A DNA stretch of 64,000 bases from Hyphomicrobiaceae bacterium (GCA_016793635.1 JAEUMD010000015.1:37829-101828); one strand, 5' to 3'. Counted from the stretch's first letter, positions 51,143-62,600 are shown. Made by a program: numbers and translations. The notes: generated by a model not told the origin, from the sequence alone.

Positions 51143-52213
51143 CTAGCTCGAAAGGCCGCCGGCAAGGGTCGGCACGTCGAGCAGCGAGAAGCCATAGTGC
51201 TTCAGCCAGCGCATGTCGGCGTTGAAGAACGCACGCAGATCGGTCAAGCCGTATTTCAGCATCGCCATGCGATCGATGCCCATGCCGAAGGCGTAACCCT
51301 GGTAGCGCGTCGGATCGATGCCGCAGTTCTCGAGCACCTTCGGATGCACCATGCCGCAGCCGCCGATCTCGAGCCATTTCCCCGGCTTGCCGATGGCATC
51401 GGCGGCGATGTCGATTTCGGCAGACGGTTCGGTGAAGGGAAAGTACGACGAGCGGAAACGCATCTTCACCTCGTCGACCTCGAAGAACGCCTTGCACATC
51501 TCCTCGAGCGTCCACTTGAGGTGGCCCATGTGCGTCGTCTCATCGATGACGAGCGCCTCGATCTGGTGGAACATCGGCGTATGTGTCTGGTCGCTGTCGC
51601 AGCGGTAGACGCGACCCGGCGCGATGATGCGGATCGGCGGCTTCTGGTTGAGCATCGTGCGGATCTGCACCGGGCTCGTGTGCGTGCGCAGCACCATGCG
51701 CTCGCCCTTCTCGTTCGGCGAGAAATAGAACGTGTCGTGGTCCTGGCGCGAGGGATGCTCGGGCGGAATGTTGAGCTTCGTAAAGTTGTAGTCGTCGGTC
51801 TCGATGTCGGGACCTTCGGCGACGGAAAACCCCATATCGGCGAAAATTTCGGCGAGTTCGTCCATCACCTGGCTGACGGGGTGGATGCGACCTTCGCTCT
51901 CCGGACCTGGACGCACGGGCAGCGTGATATCGGCGCGTTCCGTCGCCAGGCGTGCCTCGAGCGCCGCTTCCTCGAGCACCGCCTTGCGCGCCTCGATCGC
52001 ATCGGTGATGCGCGCCTTCACTGTGTTGACCGCCTGGCCGAAGTTCTTCCTCTCGTCCGGCGCCATCTTGCCGAGCGTCTGCATCAACTCGGGGATGCGG
52101 CCCTTCTTACCGAGCGCCGCGACCCGCACTCGGTCGAGATCGTCGAGGGTCCCTGCCGCCGCGATGCCGGCGGCAAGCTCGGTTTCGAGCGCGGTGAGAT
52201 CGGTGCTGGACAT
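51143..52213 (-). CDS. pheS: Phenylalanine--tRNA ligase alpha subunit
   Basis: 356 aa from ATG 52213: [17 protein letters not shown]...[10 protein letters not shown]...[10 protein letters not shown]...[10 protein letters not shown]...[12 protein letters not shown]... The track ORF to 52957 is read-through across rplT in another frame context. Confidence 0.95.
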   Translation of the reverse strand: MSSTDLTALETELAAGIAAAGTLDDLDRVRVAALGKKGRIPELMQTLGKMAPDERKNFGQAVNTVKARITDAIEARKAVLEEAALEARLATERADITLPVRPGPESEGRIHPVSQVMDELAEIFADMGFSVAEGPDIETDDYNFTKLNIPPEHPSRQDHDTFYFSPNEKGERMVLRTHTSPVQIRTMLNQKPPIRIIAPGRVYRCDSDQTHTPMFHQIEALVIDETTHMGHLKWTLEEMCKAFFEVDEVKMRFRSSYFPFTEPSAEIDIAADAIGKPGKWLEIGGCGMVHPKVLENCGIDPTRYQGYAFGMGIDRMAMLKYGLTDLRAFFNADMRWLKHYGFSLLDVPTLAGGLSS

Positions 52214-52413
52214 GGCTGGCTCCACGGTTGGACGCGGCCGACTTACGACGCGGTGCGCCGGAGCACAAGGGCTCCGGACCGCGTCGCCGGGCATGCATGC
52301 GGAATGCGCGCACGCCAGGGTCGAGTCTTGCGTCGCGGGTCTTTGCAACGAAAAAGCCCGCCGCGCTGCGATGAGCGCCGGCGGGCCTTCGACTGTCGGC
52401 GCCGATTTTGGGA

Positions 52414-52788
52414 TCAGGCGGCCTTCTTGACGGCGGCGGCGGCCTGATCGACCAGTGCCTTGAAGCCCGAGGCATCGCGAACGGCGATGTCGGCCAGCAC
52501 CTTGCGGTCGATGGTGATGCCGGCCTTGTTCAGACCGTCGATGAAACGGGCATAGGTCATGCCGTTGCCGCTCGCCTCGCGCACCGCGGCATTGATGCGC
52601 TGGATCCACAGCGAGCGGAAGTTGCGCTTCTTCGCCTTGCGATCGCGATAGGCGTACTGCATCGCCTTCTCGACCGCCTGCTTGGCGATGCGGATGGTGT
52701 TCTTGCGCCGGCCGTAATAGCCCTTGGCGGCCTTGATGACTTTCTTGTGCTTGGCGTGGGCGGTAACGCCGCGCTTGACGCGTGCCAT
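52414..52788 (-). CDS. rplT: 50S ribosomal protein L20
   Basis: 124 aa: [68 protein letters not shown]... Confidence 0.95.
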   Translation of the reverse strand: MARVKRGVTAHAKHKKVIKAAKGYYGRRKNTIRIAKQAVEKAMQYAYRDRKAKKRNFRSLWIQRINAAVREASGNGMTYARFIDGLNKAGITIDRKVLADIAVRDASGFKALVDQAAAAVKKAA

Positions 52789-52883
52789 GGTCGTGCTCCG
52801 CTTGAAACTTGGTCTCTAATGTCGATTGGGACGTGCCGGATCGCAGATCTCGTCGCGAGCGTTCGATCGCCCGCGCTCGCGGA

Positions 52884-53084
52884 TCAGCGGTTGTACGGCA
52901 TGTACTTCTTGACGATCTTGGCGTCGCTATCGTTGAGCACCATCGTCCCGCGAGCATCGCGGATGAACTTGGCGGTGCGCTTGATCATGCCGTGGCGCTT
53001 GCCGGCGGCGGCGACCTTGACCTTGCCCGTGGCGGTGAACTTGAAGCGCTTTTTGGCGCCGCTCTTGGTCTTCTGCTTGGGCAT
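52884..53084 (-). CDS. rpmI: 50S ribosomal protein L35
   Basis: 66 aa from ATG 53084: [50 protein letters not shown]... Confidence 0.95.
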   Translation of the reverse strand: MPKQKTKSGAKKRFKFTATGKVKVAAAGKRHGMIKRTAKFIRDARGTMVLNDSDAKIVKKYMPYNR

Positions 53085-53482
53085 TTTGCTCTCCTTGCAG
53101 TTCGTGTGCGCGCCGTCTCGCCCGATCGAAAAATGAGATCGCGCGGCCTCCCTTGTGTCCGGAACGGCTGTGCCGCCCGGCCTCGCGCATCGATGCGGGG
53201 AAGTCCCGCGCCTCAGCCCGAGGAGAGGTGCTTTGAACGGCTTTCGCTGATGGATCAAAGCATTAAGAGCCGACACGGCATGCCCCGCCGGACGGCTCGA
53301 GGAGTGGTGTATAGCTGTAAGTCCTTGCCCGTGCAAGGGCTTGGCCGTCGCGTTGCCCTCCAGCGCCCGCGTCAGACGGGGCCACGGGTTCGGAAGGCTC
53401 CCCGAGGCCCTATCAACACTGAGAGCGTTGACGCCGGGGGGGAGAGCCAGCCGGCCGTTCGCGGACAATCAACAAACGGCAA

Positions 53483-53515
53483 CAAAAAAGGCCGGCGGGT
53501 CGTCTCCCGCCAGCC
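53483..53515 (-). terminator. Rho-independent terminator after the small secreted-protein gene
   Basis: Minus strand has a ggctggcggg-agacga-cccgccggcc stem-loop (one mismatch) followed by TTTTTTG. It lies about 35 nt after the stop at 53549. Confidence 0.75.
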
Positions 53516-53548
53516 TCTTTCGATCCGCTTCGAATTATCAGCGCGGTG

Positions 53549-53935
53549 TCATTCCGCGCAGAGCGTGTAGCGGGTTTCGCTGTTGTGCTGGGTATTGTCG
53601 ACTCGAATATTGAACGTACCCGTGAACGAATCCGTGAAGCTGAAGCGGCACGTCGCGGTCATGTTCGCCACATCCTCGCAGACGGAGTTGCCGAGGTCGT
53701 CGGTCACGGAGAGCGTTACCTTCGTGTTTTCCGAGGTGAGCTGCATCGCCGCGCGCCTGTCCCAGATCGACTCCTTATAGGACGAGGTCAGCTCGGCCCA
53801 ATCATACCCGGGCACTTGCCCACCGATGCATGCGGTCGAGTGGTTCACACTGGCCGCCTGCGCCGCCGAGACACCAAACGAGAGGGCAGCAGCAACTGCG
53901 GCTGCGGACACGAAGCTTTTTACGGTTTTATTCAT
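53549..53935 (-). CDS. Hypothetical small secreted protein with four cysteines
   Basis: 128 aa from ATG 53935, with signal peptide MNKTVKSFVSAAAVAAALSFGVSAAQA. The mature protein is about 101 aa with 4 Cys (ACIGG, SVCED, ATCRF, TLCAE). Codon usage is visibly less GC3-biased than in neighbouring genes. No family recognised. Confidence 0.5.
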   Translation of the reverse strand: MNKTVKSFVSAAAVAAALSFGVSAAQAASVNHSTACIGGQVPGYDWAELTSSYKESIWDRRAAMQLTSENTKVTLSVTDDLGNSVCEDVANMTATCRFSFTDSFTGTFNIRVDNTQHNSETRYTLCAE

Positions 53936-54184
53936 CTGAAGTGACTCGCTGCTGCGTTGGACATACGCAGTACTTAGCGCGTGTCCCTTCAAAATGCGCT
54001 TAAACGTCGACACTCGTATTTATCGATAGTTTCGCAAAATTGGAGCCCGCAGATTCATCGGTTCTTAACCAAGATTCGCGCCGGAGAATTTGTATAAATT
54101 TATACGATCGACATTGGGAAAATTAAAAAGGGGATCGCGTACAACTGCTCTCGATCAGCGCACTTGCTTTCGGAGACAACGACA

Positions 54185-55483
54185 ATGAAGTTGAACAAGA
54201 AGATCTGGGGCCGGTTTAAGTCCGACGATCGCGGCAACATCGCGATCATGTTCGGCGCAGCGGTAACCCCGATGGTCATGTTCGTCGGCGGCGCCATCGA
54301 TTTCGGTCAGGCCTACACCATCAAGGGCCAGATCCAGCGCGCTTCGGACGCTGCGGTTCTCGCGGCAGCGGCCATGTCTCCTGACACCACCGATGCCGAT
54401 CGCACGGCGCGGGCCGAGCAGGTGTTCAAGGCCAATACCTGGAAGTACCCCGACATCAAGACCGAGATTTCGTTCGGCGAGATCTCGGCCACGATCAAAG
54501 CCAGCTACAAGATGCCGACGAGCTTCCTCAAGATCGCCAGCATCGACATTCTCGACGTAACGACGACGGCATCGGGCTCTGGCAAGGTCGGCGAGCCGGG
54601 CCGCGCGTGCATCCTCGCGCTCGATCCCGACGCCACGTACGGCCTCAAGTCACAGGGTACGCCGAACATCGACTACACCGGCTGCTGGGCGCACACCAAC
54701 TCGACGACCGCAACGGCGATCGATGGCGGCGGCTCTGCACAGGTCGTCGGCGAGGGCCACAGCGCCGTCGGCGGCGTCACCAGCGCGGCGAAATCTGTCT
54801 ATAGCCCCGTGCCGGAAGCCCAGGCGGCCTATATCGCCGACCCTTACGCCACAATCGGCGCCTATGAGACTCCCTATTCCTTGTACACACCGACCTTCGT
54901 CCCGCCGGTTATCGCTACCACCTGCAAGGCGAGCAACCTGAACCTCAAGAAGGGCACGTTCACGCTCTCGCCGGGCCGCTACTGCGGTGGCATCCACATG
55001 CAGGCTCAGGCGAAGGTCACGTTCGAGGCCGGCGTCTACATCATCGACGGCGGTAATTTCACCACGCAGTCCGGATCCAGCATCACCGGCAGCAACGTCA
55101 TGTTCTACTTCAACGGCACGGGCGCCACGGCCACCGTCATCGGCGGCGGCACCGTGGACCTCAAGGGTCGCCAGAGTGGCAGCAGCTACGAAGGCTTCCT
55201 GTTCATCCAGAACCCGAGCGCTGCCCGTGGCGAAACGAGCAACATCCAGGGCGGCGGCACCTTCAACCTCGAGGGCGTGATCTACATGCCGACGCAGAAC
55301 ATGCTCATCACCGGCAACGGCGACGCCAATGCCTCGTCCAAGTTCTTCTCGATCGTGGCGAAGAGCTTCGAGTTCCGCGGCAACGGCATCTTCCGCCTGA
55401 AGCCTCACGACCCGGCGAGCAACATGCCCGACATCATGCCCAAGGTGACGCCGAAGGTGGAATCGTTGAAATTGGACTCCTGA
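54185..55483 (+). CDS. TadG/TadE-like (Flp-pilus-assembly N-terminal domain) protein, orphan
   Basis: 432 aa from ATG 54185, with GGAGA about 9 nt upstream. The N-terminus RGNIAIMFGAAVTPMVMFVGGAIDFGQAYTIKGQIQRASDAAVLAAA matches the TadE/G-like pseudopilin-type segment. The C-terminal region is Gly/Thr-rich and beta-helix-like. No other tad/cpa genes are in the window. Confidence 0.6.
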   Translation: MKLNKKIWGRFKSDDRGNIAIMFGAAVTPMVMFVGGAIDFGQAYTIKGQIQRASDAAVLAAAAMSPDTTDADRTARAEQVFKANTWKYPDIKTEISFGEISATIKASYKMPTSFLKIASIDILDVTTTASGSGKVGEPGRACILALDPDATYGLKSQGTPNIDYTGCWAHTNSTTATAIDGGGSAQVVGEGHSAVGGVTSAAKSVYSPVPEAQAAYIADPYATIGAYETPYSLYTPTFVPPVIATTCKASNLNLKKGTFTLSPGRYCGGIHMQAQAKVTFEAGVYIIDGGNFTTQSGSSITGSNVMFYFNGTGATATVIGGGTVDLKGRQSGSSYEGFLFIQNPSAARGETSNIQGGGTFNLEGVIYMPTQNMLITGNGDANASSKFFSIVAKSFEFRGNGIFRLKPHDPASNMPDIMPKVTPKVESLKLDS

Positions 55484-55509
55484 AGCCGCGACCAAGTCCA
55501 ACTCAAAAG

Positions 55510-55550
55510 CCCGAGAGGAACCGCGCGTTCCCCTCGGGTTTTTTCTTTTT
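55510..55550 (+). terminator. Rho-independent terminator after the TadG-like gene (possibly bidirectional)
   Basis: cccgagaggaac-cgcgc-gttcccctcggg (12-bp stem, one mismatch) followed by ttttttcttttt. Starts 27 nt after the stop. On the opposite strand the stem is followed by cttttga. Confidence 0.85.
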
Positions 55551-55851
55551 CAGCGTGTGATTGGTCGGCAGGGCGGCGCACTGCTCCTTCATCGAGCGGC
55601 GCGAACACACGAACGGTGATGAATGCAGGGGCTCTCGACGAGCTAGATGGATATCGAGCGCCGTTCCATCAAAGGCGTGGGACCCTGAGGCGCCGTCTGT
55701 TGAGATGGAAGCACGCAGCGACTTCACCGCACAACGTTAAGGCATGCTTAGCGCGTCGCTTCCATTGCAATGGATGGATAAATCTGCGCGGTGGCCGCAA
55801 CGGCCAGAACAGGTCCGCCGAAGCCAGCCGCGCGTTGCTTTCGTCGCTGTT

Positions 55852-56391
55852 TCAGCGCGGCGCGAGCACCATGACCATCTGACGGCCTTCGAGGCGCGGC
55901 TCGCTCTCGACCTTGGCGATTCCCTCGACCTCGGCCTTCACGCGCTGGAGCACCGCCATGCCGAGCTCCTGGTGAGCCATCTCGCGGCCGCGGAAGCGCA
56001 GCGTGACTTTGACCTTGTCGCCTTCCTCGAAGAACCGGCGAATGGCGCGCAGCTTCACGTCGTAGTCGTGATCGTCGATCGCAGGACGCATCTTGATCTC
56101 TTTGATCTCGACGATCTTCTGCTTCTTGCGGGCCTCGGCAGCCTTTTTCTGCTGCTCGAACTTGAACTTGCCGAAGTCCATGATCTTACAGACCGGCGGC
56201 TCGGCGTCGGGTGAAATCTCGACCAGGTCGAGACCGGCCGTGGTTGCCCGCTCCATGGCGTCGAACCGGCTGACGACGCCGACGTTATCGCCATTCTCAT
56301 CGATAAGCCTGACCTCTCGGGCCCTGATCGCCTCATTGATCCTCGGGCCGGATTGCTCGCGCTCGGGCTGAGCTCGCATTGGACGACGGAT
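55852..56391 (-). CDS. infC: Translation initiation factor IF-3 (non-AUG start)
   Basis: 179 aa: (I)[33 protein letters not shown]...[19 protein letters not shown]... GAAGGAGAG lies 7-8 nt before ATC 56391 but about 20 nt before the first in-frame ATG (56379), so ATC is the better-supported start. Confidence 0.9.
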   Translation of the reverse strand: MRRPMRAQPEREQSGPRINEAIRAREVRLIDENGDNVGVVSRFDAMERATTAGLDLVEISPDAEPPVCKIMDFGKFKFEQQKKAAEARKKQKIVEIKEIKMRPAIDDHDYDVKLRAIRRFFEEGDKVKVTLRFRGREMAHQELGMAVLQRVKAEVEGIAKVESEPRLEGRQMVMVLAPR

Positions 56392-56690
56392 GTTGGTCTC
56401 TCCTTCTATGACCTCGGACGACGAGTGAACGCTGATATTGCTACGGAATCGCAGGACCTGCCAATGCCGACGCAAGCGCAATCCGGCACCGTTCGGTGAA
56501 AATCCGGCCGTCGATGAACGAGCGGTTCGCGCTCGTTGCAGGAAAGCCGCAGTTCGGAAGGCCGCTTGAACCCGAAGCTTAACGCCAACAGCCGCGCTCC
56601 AGCCTTGGGGGGCCAGGACCACGGTGGCGGTGTCGTGGCGCAACAAGACGGAAAAAGGCCCCGTAAGTCAAGCCGTCGTGCGGCCACTGG

Positions 56691-57938
56691 TTAGCTGACA
56701 CGGGTTGCTGCGGAATATGCCGCGGCAAGCTCTGTTTCCAGCAATTCGTCATAAACAGTGAGTGTCCGCTCGCACATCTGCCGCAGCGAGAAGCGTTCGA
56801 TGACGTGGCGGCGGGCGCGACCACCGATTTCAGCCCGGGCCGTATCGTCGAGCGCCAGCCCGGCAGCAATCGCACGGGCAAGCGCGGCCGGATCACCCGG
56901 CGGCACGAGCCATCCGGTCATGGCCCCGGCGCCGGCCCGCTCCGCCGTCAACACCGTTTCCGGCGGTGCGCCGATGTCCGTCGCGATGACCGGGCAGCCC
57001 ATGACTTGCGATTCCGTCGCGGCTCTGCCGAACGCTTCCGGCTCGGTCGACGCGACGACGCCGATCCAGGCGGTGGCGAAAGCAGCCGGGATATCACTGA
57101 CATGGCCGACGAGATGTACCGAGCCGGCGAGTCCCGCTTCCTCGATCGCCGCCGCAAGCCCGGCGCGGTACTCGTCGCGTCCCTGAGCGTCGCCGGCGAG
57201 CACGAATGCCGCCTCCCGGGCGAGCGTGGCATTGTCGCGGGCCAGAAGGCGCGCCGCCTCGATGACGACACGCTGTCCTTTCCAACCGGTCAGGCGCGCC
57301 GCATGCAGCACGATGCGTTTGCCCGGAGCGATGCCCCAGGCCGTCCGCAAGCTTGCGGCACGCTCCTCGGGGATCGCCGCGGGATCGAAAACGGAGGCAT
57401 CGACGCCGCGATGGACGACACGCAACCTCTCGCGCGGCGTACCGTAACGTCCGTGCACGAGGTCGGCGGTGTAGTTCGAGTTTGCGATCACGAGGTCGCC
57501 GCGCGCCATCACCGAGTTGTAGAGCTTCTTGATCGCGAGCTTCTCGCTATAGGCACCGTGATAGGTGGTGACGAACGCTCGCCCGGTTCGCCGCGCGGCG
57601 GCGAGCGCGCTCCACGCCGGGGCGCGGCTGCGCGCGTGGACGAGATCGACACCCTCACGTAAGACGATGCCGGCAATGGCGCGGGCATTGGCCCACAACC
57701 GAAGAGGGTTCTTCGCCGCTGCCGGAAAGACGACGAGCTCGCCTCCAACGCGCGTCACGTCGGCGGCCATCCGCCCGCCCTCGGTCAGCACGATCGCGCG
57801 ACCGCCCGCCTTTACGATCGCCTCTGCGATTTCGACCGTCGTGCGCTCGGCGCCGCCGGTATCGAGCTCGGGAATGATCTGCAGTATGGTCGGGCGCTTC
57901 GAGGCCGGGCGGACCGAAGCGGGGCGCTCATGGGCCAA
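56691..57938 (-). CDS. Glycosyltransferase family 4 (GT-B, group 1)
   Basis: 415 aa. ILQIIPELDTGGAERTTVEIAEA at the N-terminus and E-x7-E-type C-terminal region (STEPEAFGRAATESQVMGCPVIATDIGAPPE). Confidence 0.8.
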   Translation of the reverse strand: MAHERPASVRPASKRPTILQIIPELDTGGAERTTVEIAEAIVKAGGRAIVLTEGGRMAADVTRVGGELVVFPAAAKNPLRLWANARAIAGIVLREGVDLVHARSRAPAWSALAAARRTGRAFVTTYHGAYSEKLAIKKLYNSVMARGDLVIANSNYTADLVHGRYGTPRERLRVVHRGVDASVFDPAAIPEERAASLRTAWGIAPGKRIVLHAARLTGWKGQRVVIEAARLLARDNATLAREAAFVLAGDAQGRDEYRAGLAAAIEEAGLAGSVHLVGHVSDIPAAFATAWIGVVASTEPEAFGRAATESQVMGCPVIATDIGAPPETVLTAERAGAGAMTGWLVPPGDPAALARAIAAGLALDDTARAEIGGRARRHVIERFSLRQMCERTLTVYDELLETELAAAYSAATRVS

Positions 57939-57974
57939 GGGCTAGCTCCGTCAGGAAGGACGAGGTGTCATAGG

Positions 57975-58763
57975 ATGGGCGCGACCGAACCGCAATTCCT
58001 GAACGTCGGCGAGGAAAGCCGCACGCGCCGGATCGCAACACTGGTTCAGCCCGGGCGCGCACCCGGCGGCGCTGGCCTCGTATGGCTGCCGGGACTCAAG
58101 TCCGACATGATCTCGACCAAGGCATCGGCACTGGCGGATTGGTCGCGCGAGCGCGGTATCGCCTGTACGCGGTTCGACTACTCAGGACACGGGCGCTCGA
58201 GCGGCCACTTCGAGGATGCCACCATTGGCGATTGGCTGGAGGAAGCACGCGCGGTTTTCATCGAGCTGACCCGAGGCCCGCAGATTCTCGTCGGCTCGTC
58301 GACCGGCGGCCACATCGCACTGCTTCTGCTGCGTGACCTGATGCGGCGCGACCCCGCCGCGGCGGCTCGCATCAAGGCGCTGGTGCTGATCGCCCCGGCG
58401 TGGGATCTGACCGAAGAGCTGATGTGGAACGAGTTCCCGGCCGATGCCCGGCGCGAATTGATGGAGAAGGGCGTCTACTACCGGCCTTCGGACTATGGCG
58501 AGCCCTACGCCATCACGCGGCAGTTCATCGAGGAGGGCCGCAACCACCTGTTCCGCGCCGAGCCGTTCGATCCGGGCCGGCCGATCGTCATCCTCCAGGG
58601 TGCCATGGACGTCGATGTACCGCTGCAGCACGTGCGGCGGCTGGCCGGTTTCATCTCAGGGGGATGGGCAAAGCTGATCGAGGTTGCCGACGGCGAGCAC
58701 CGCATGTCCCGGCCTCAAGACCTCGAGCTTCTGTTCCAAGAAATCGCCGCGCTGTTGACGTGA
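57975..58763 (+). CDS. Alpha/beta-fold hydrolase
   Basis: 262 aa from ATG 57975. Nucleophile elbow GSSTGG and a C-terminal DGEHR context. The start is uncertain (track ORF begins at 57930). Confidence 0.7.
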   Translation: MGATEPQFLNVGEESRTRRIATLVQPGRAPGGAGLVWLPGLKSDMISTKASALADWSRERGIACTRFDYSGHGRSSGHFEDATIGDWLEEARAVFIELTRGPQILVGSSTGGHIALLLLRDLMRRDPAAAARIKALVLIAPAWDLTEELMWNEFPADARRELMEKGVYYRPSDYGEPYAITRQFIEEGRNHLFRAEPFDPGRPIVILQGAMDVDVPLQHVRRLAGFISGGWAKLIEVADGEHRMSRPQDLELLFQEIAALLT

Positions 58764-58767
58764 TCGC

Positions 58768-59403
58768 TCAATCGATCATCGTCAGGAATTCCTGGCGCGT
58801 GATCGGGTTGTCGCGGAACACGCCGAGCATTCGGCTCGTCACGAGGTCCGTACCCGGCTTGTGGACGCCCCGCGTCGTCATGCAATGATGCTCGGCCTTG
58901 AGCACCACGGCGACGCCTTGCGGCTTCAGCACGTGATCGATCGCGTTGGCGATCTGGGCCGTCATTTTCTCCTGGATCTGCAGCCGCTTGGCGTAGACCT
59001 CGACGACCCTTGCGAGCTTGGAGATGCCGACCACACGGCCGTTCGGAATATAGGCGACCCAGGCCTTGCCGATGATCGGCGCCATGTGGTGCTCGCAGTG
59101 GCTCTCGAAGCGGATGCCGCGCAGCGCGATCATCTCGTCGTAGCCCTCGATCTCCTCGAACGTCTTGTTGAGGATGTCCTCGGGGTCGAGCGCGTAGCCA
59201 CCGAAATATTCCTTGTAGGCCCGAACGACGCGGGATGGCGTCTCGTGCAAGCCATCGCGGGCCGGGTCCTCACCGACGAAACGCAGGATGGTGCGGATAG
59301 CCTCCTCGGCCTCGGCGAGGCTCGGGCGCTCGAACGACGCCGTCTCCTTCACGATAGAAGGATTGGCGGCGACCTGGGTTGAGCGACGGGCCCGTTTATC
59401 CAT
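58768..59403 (-). CDS. folE: GTP cyclohydrolase I
   Basis: 211 aa. [57 protein letters not shown]. Confidence 0.9.
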   Translation of the reverse strand: MDKRARRSTQVAANPSIVKETASFERPSLAEAEEAIRTILRFVGEDPARDGLHETPSRVVRAYKEYFGGYALDPEDILNKTFEEIEGYDEMIALRGIRFESHCEHHMAPIIGKAWVAYIPNGRVVGISKLARVVEVYAKRLQIQEKMTAQIANAIDHVLKPQGVAVVLKAEHHCMTTRGVHKPGTDLVTSRMLGVFRDNPITRQEFLTMID

Positions 59404-59691
59404 GGCAGGAGCGATCTCTCGAATACTGAAGGGACACCGGAAGTGGTGTGATTACGGCGGCGATCAAGGGTTGGTTCAACTTCGCCCCGCCGAAAACGCC
59501 GGGTGGCGAGATCCAGGGCCGGGGACGGACGAAGGCGAAGTCTCCACTTCGACGTGGTAGCCTCGCCGCGAAGAAATGAACTTTAGTATGGCAGATAACC
59601 CGAAGCCGAGGCCAGCGCAATCCCGGCGGAACGGCCTGTAATTCCCGAACGAAATCGGCCGAGCGGGTGCGGCACGTGCGCGCGTCGCGCC

Positions 59692-62600
59692 TCAGTCCTC
59701 CGTCTCGCCCTCGTCCGCCAGATCGGACCATTCGGCTACCCGCGCGAGCTGCTCGTAATCGTCGTATTCGTAGCTGAAGCCTGGGCGCCGGCGCGCGGAA
59801 TACGGGGTCGATGCATCGTCGAAGCGTGCGATGAGGTCGCTCAATCCTTCCGTCTGAGCGGCGGCAAGTTCCGCGACGGGGGCGCCGATCTGGCGTTCTT
59901 CGCCCGGCGGTGTGCCTCCCGTGATGCGAATGTAGCTGAGCCCCGAAACCTCGCGCGTTTCGATTCCGGCGAACCCGCCGGCGATGGCGATCGCGGCCTC
60001 GAGCGGGAGCTGCGGCGAACGGCCCGCGGCGACGGCCTTGTCGCTCGGCGGCGTGCCGGTCTTGTAGTCGGTGATGACGATGCCCGAACCCGAGACGTCC
60101 AGCCGGTCGGCACGGGCCGTCAGCTCGAACGGGCCCGCCGGGCCGTCGAGCACCATGCGCCCGGAAATCTCAGCGAGCACGCTGCCACCCGCCAAACGCC
60201 GCGCCGGCTCCGTCCCGGCGAACCACGCGGCGAACCGCTCGAAACGCGGCAGCCAGAACGCGGCGATGCGCGGATTGGCGAGATAGGGCGCAAGCTTCTC
60301 GCGTGCGATCGCCACCAGTGCTCCGCGCGTATCGGCGGGCAGTTCGCGTGGATGGCGGCGGGCGAGCTCTGCGAGGATATCGTGGATGATCGCTCCCTTG
60401 AGGCTCGCGTCCGGCACGGTCCCGAGCGGCGAGAGCGGATCGAGCGCCAGGATGTGCTGAGCATAGATCGCGTAAGGGTTGGCGATCCATGTCTCGACAC
60501 CGGAGACCGAGAGCCGGCGCGGCCGCTTGGCGACGTCGGGACACGGCTCGGGCGGCGCGCAGGGTTGTCGCTGCGCAATGGCATCGCGCGTGCGCGCCCA
60601 GCCGAGCCATGGTTTCTCCATGGCGATCGCGTCACGCATCTTGAGGCCATCGAGCAGCGCGACGATGCGCATGAGCCAGCGCGAGGGCACCGTCGGCACG
60701 CCGTCTATCTTCTCGGCACGGGTGAGATAGACGCGCTCGGCACCGAGCAGCGAGGTGAAATCGTGCGCGGCGTAACCGATCATCTCCTCGGGCGAGGGGA
60801 GGCCGAGCTCCCGCCGCATAGGCCGGTTGAGCCACGGCCCAGGCTCGGCCGCCTCGGGCCATGTCCCGTCGTTGAGCGAGCCGAGAATGACGACGTCGGG
60901 CTGCTGAAGGCGCGCCTCGAACGGGCCCCAGATGAACAGCCGCGGATGCAGTGGCACCTTCGGACGGATGTTCTCGCGTGCGATCAAGCTGCGATAGAGA
61001 TCCGCGTAGTCGGCGGCGGCGATGTCCAGTTGTGGCAAGTCTGGCGACACGAACCCGGCGAACAGGCGTGCGGCGGCATCGCCCGCGTCACCGCGATACA
61101 GCTCCGCGAAGTAACGGCCGCGATTTCCCTCGTTCTCTTCCTCGCCCGGCGCGAGCGGCTTCACCTCGCCGTCAGGAAGCCGCGCCACCGCCTCGGCCGC
61201 TGCGATATGCGCCGCCGCGAGCGTTCCGAGCAGATGCGCCTCGCGCGTGGCGTAGAGTGCCGTCAATGGTGCGAACGCCGACTTGAGGCGAATGACGAGA
61301 TCGCGCGCGCCCTCCCAATCCTCCTTCCAGAGCCGGCGTACCGGCCGTTCCCTTCGCTCCCGGTTCGCGACATCGGCCGCCGCCTGTTCGAGTGCCGCCT
61401 CAACGCCGTCGAGACCCTGCCCGAGATATTCCGTACGGAAGGCCGCGAGCTCGAGCGCGCGGGCGGCGCGACGAACTTCGAACGCGCCAAGACCGAAACG
61501 CGTCAGTGGATGTTTCAACAGAGCCATCAGCGCGGCGGGCGCGAAAGAGCTGTCGACGGCTTCTATGACCAGGTCGAGGAACGCGCCCGGCACGGTCTTG
61601 CCGAAAGGGCGACCGGCGGAATCGTCGACGCGAATACCCCAGCTTTCGAGCCGTGCCGCGACACGGCGCGCCAACAGTCGATCGGGTGAGACGAGCGCCG
61701 CCGTTCGCCCCGGCACCTCCAGCGCCTCGCGCAGAATAAGCGCGACGGCCTCTGCTTCGTCCTGCGCGGCCGGAGCGTCGATGAGGCTGATGCCGGAAAG
61801 GCCAGCGCGCAAGCGATCACGATCGACCGTCGACGCATAGTCGTGCCAGGCCGCCGTCGTGCTGGCCGGGCGCATCGCCTCGGCGACGAAGGAGAGGCGG
61901 TCCGACTGCGCTGGTGTCGGCTCTGCGCCGGGTAGGACGCGCACGTCGGCGCGATCGACGCCAAGCCGGTCGAGCAGCGTCTTCATGCCGTGCTGGGGAT
62001 GCTCGAAATGGCGCGGGGCCGCGGCTTTCTCGTCGGTCGGACGGATCGCGCGCCAGGATACTTCGTCGAGATGCATGTCGAGCGCGGGCAGCACGATAAA
62101 GCCGTTGTCGAGGCCGGCGACAGCGCGCATCAGCGCCGCGGTAGCGGGAATCGAGCCCGTCACGCCCGCGACGATGACCGGCGACTTCGGCGGGCTTTCG
62201 ATGAGCCGCCGCGTTTCGAGCTCGAGCGACCGATTGCGGCCCGCGGCGGGTGACGCGAGAGCCCGCTCGGCGAGATGCGCCGGCCAGAAGGCAGTGATGA
62301 TCTCGAGAAAATCGAGTGTCTTCTTCCAGTGCTCCGAATACGTGTCCGGCACCAGCTCCGCCATGCGGCCGAGACTGACGCCTTCGGTCTCGACCATATC
62401 CATCAAACGGCCGAGCTCGTCGGCGAGGAGCGACGCCTGCGCCGGCGTCGATCTGCCGACACCCGCGAACTCACCCAGTTCACCGGTGGGATCGAGCGTC
62501 TCCGCCACCGCCGAACGCATCTTCTCCGACCACGCGAGCACGAGCTGCGTCAGCACCAAGCGACGCTCGAGCGCACTGATCGCGGGGAGCGCATCGGTGT

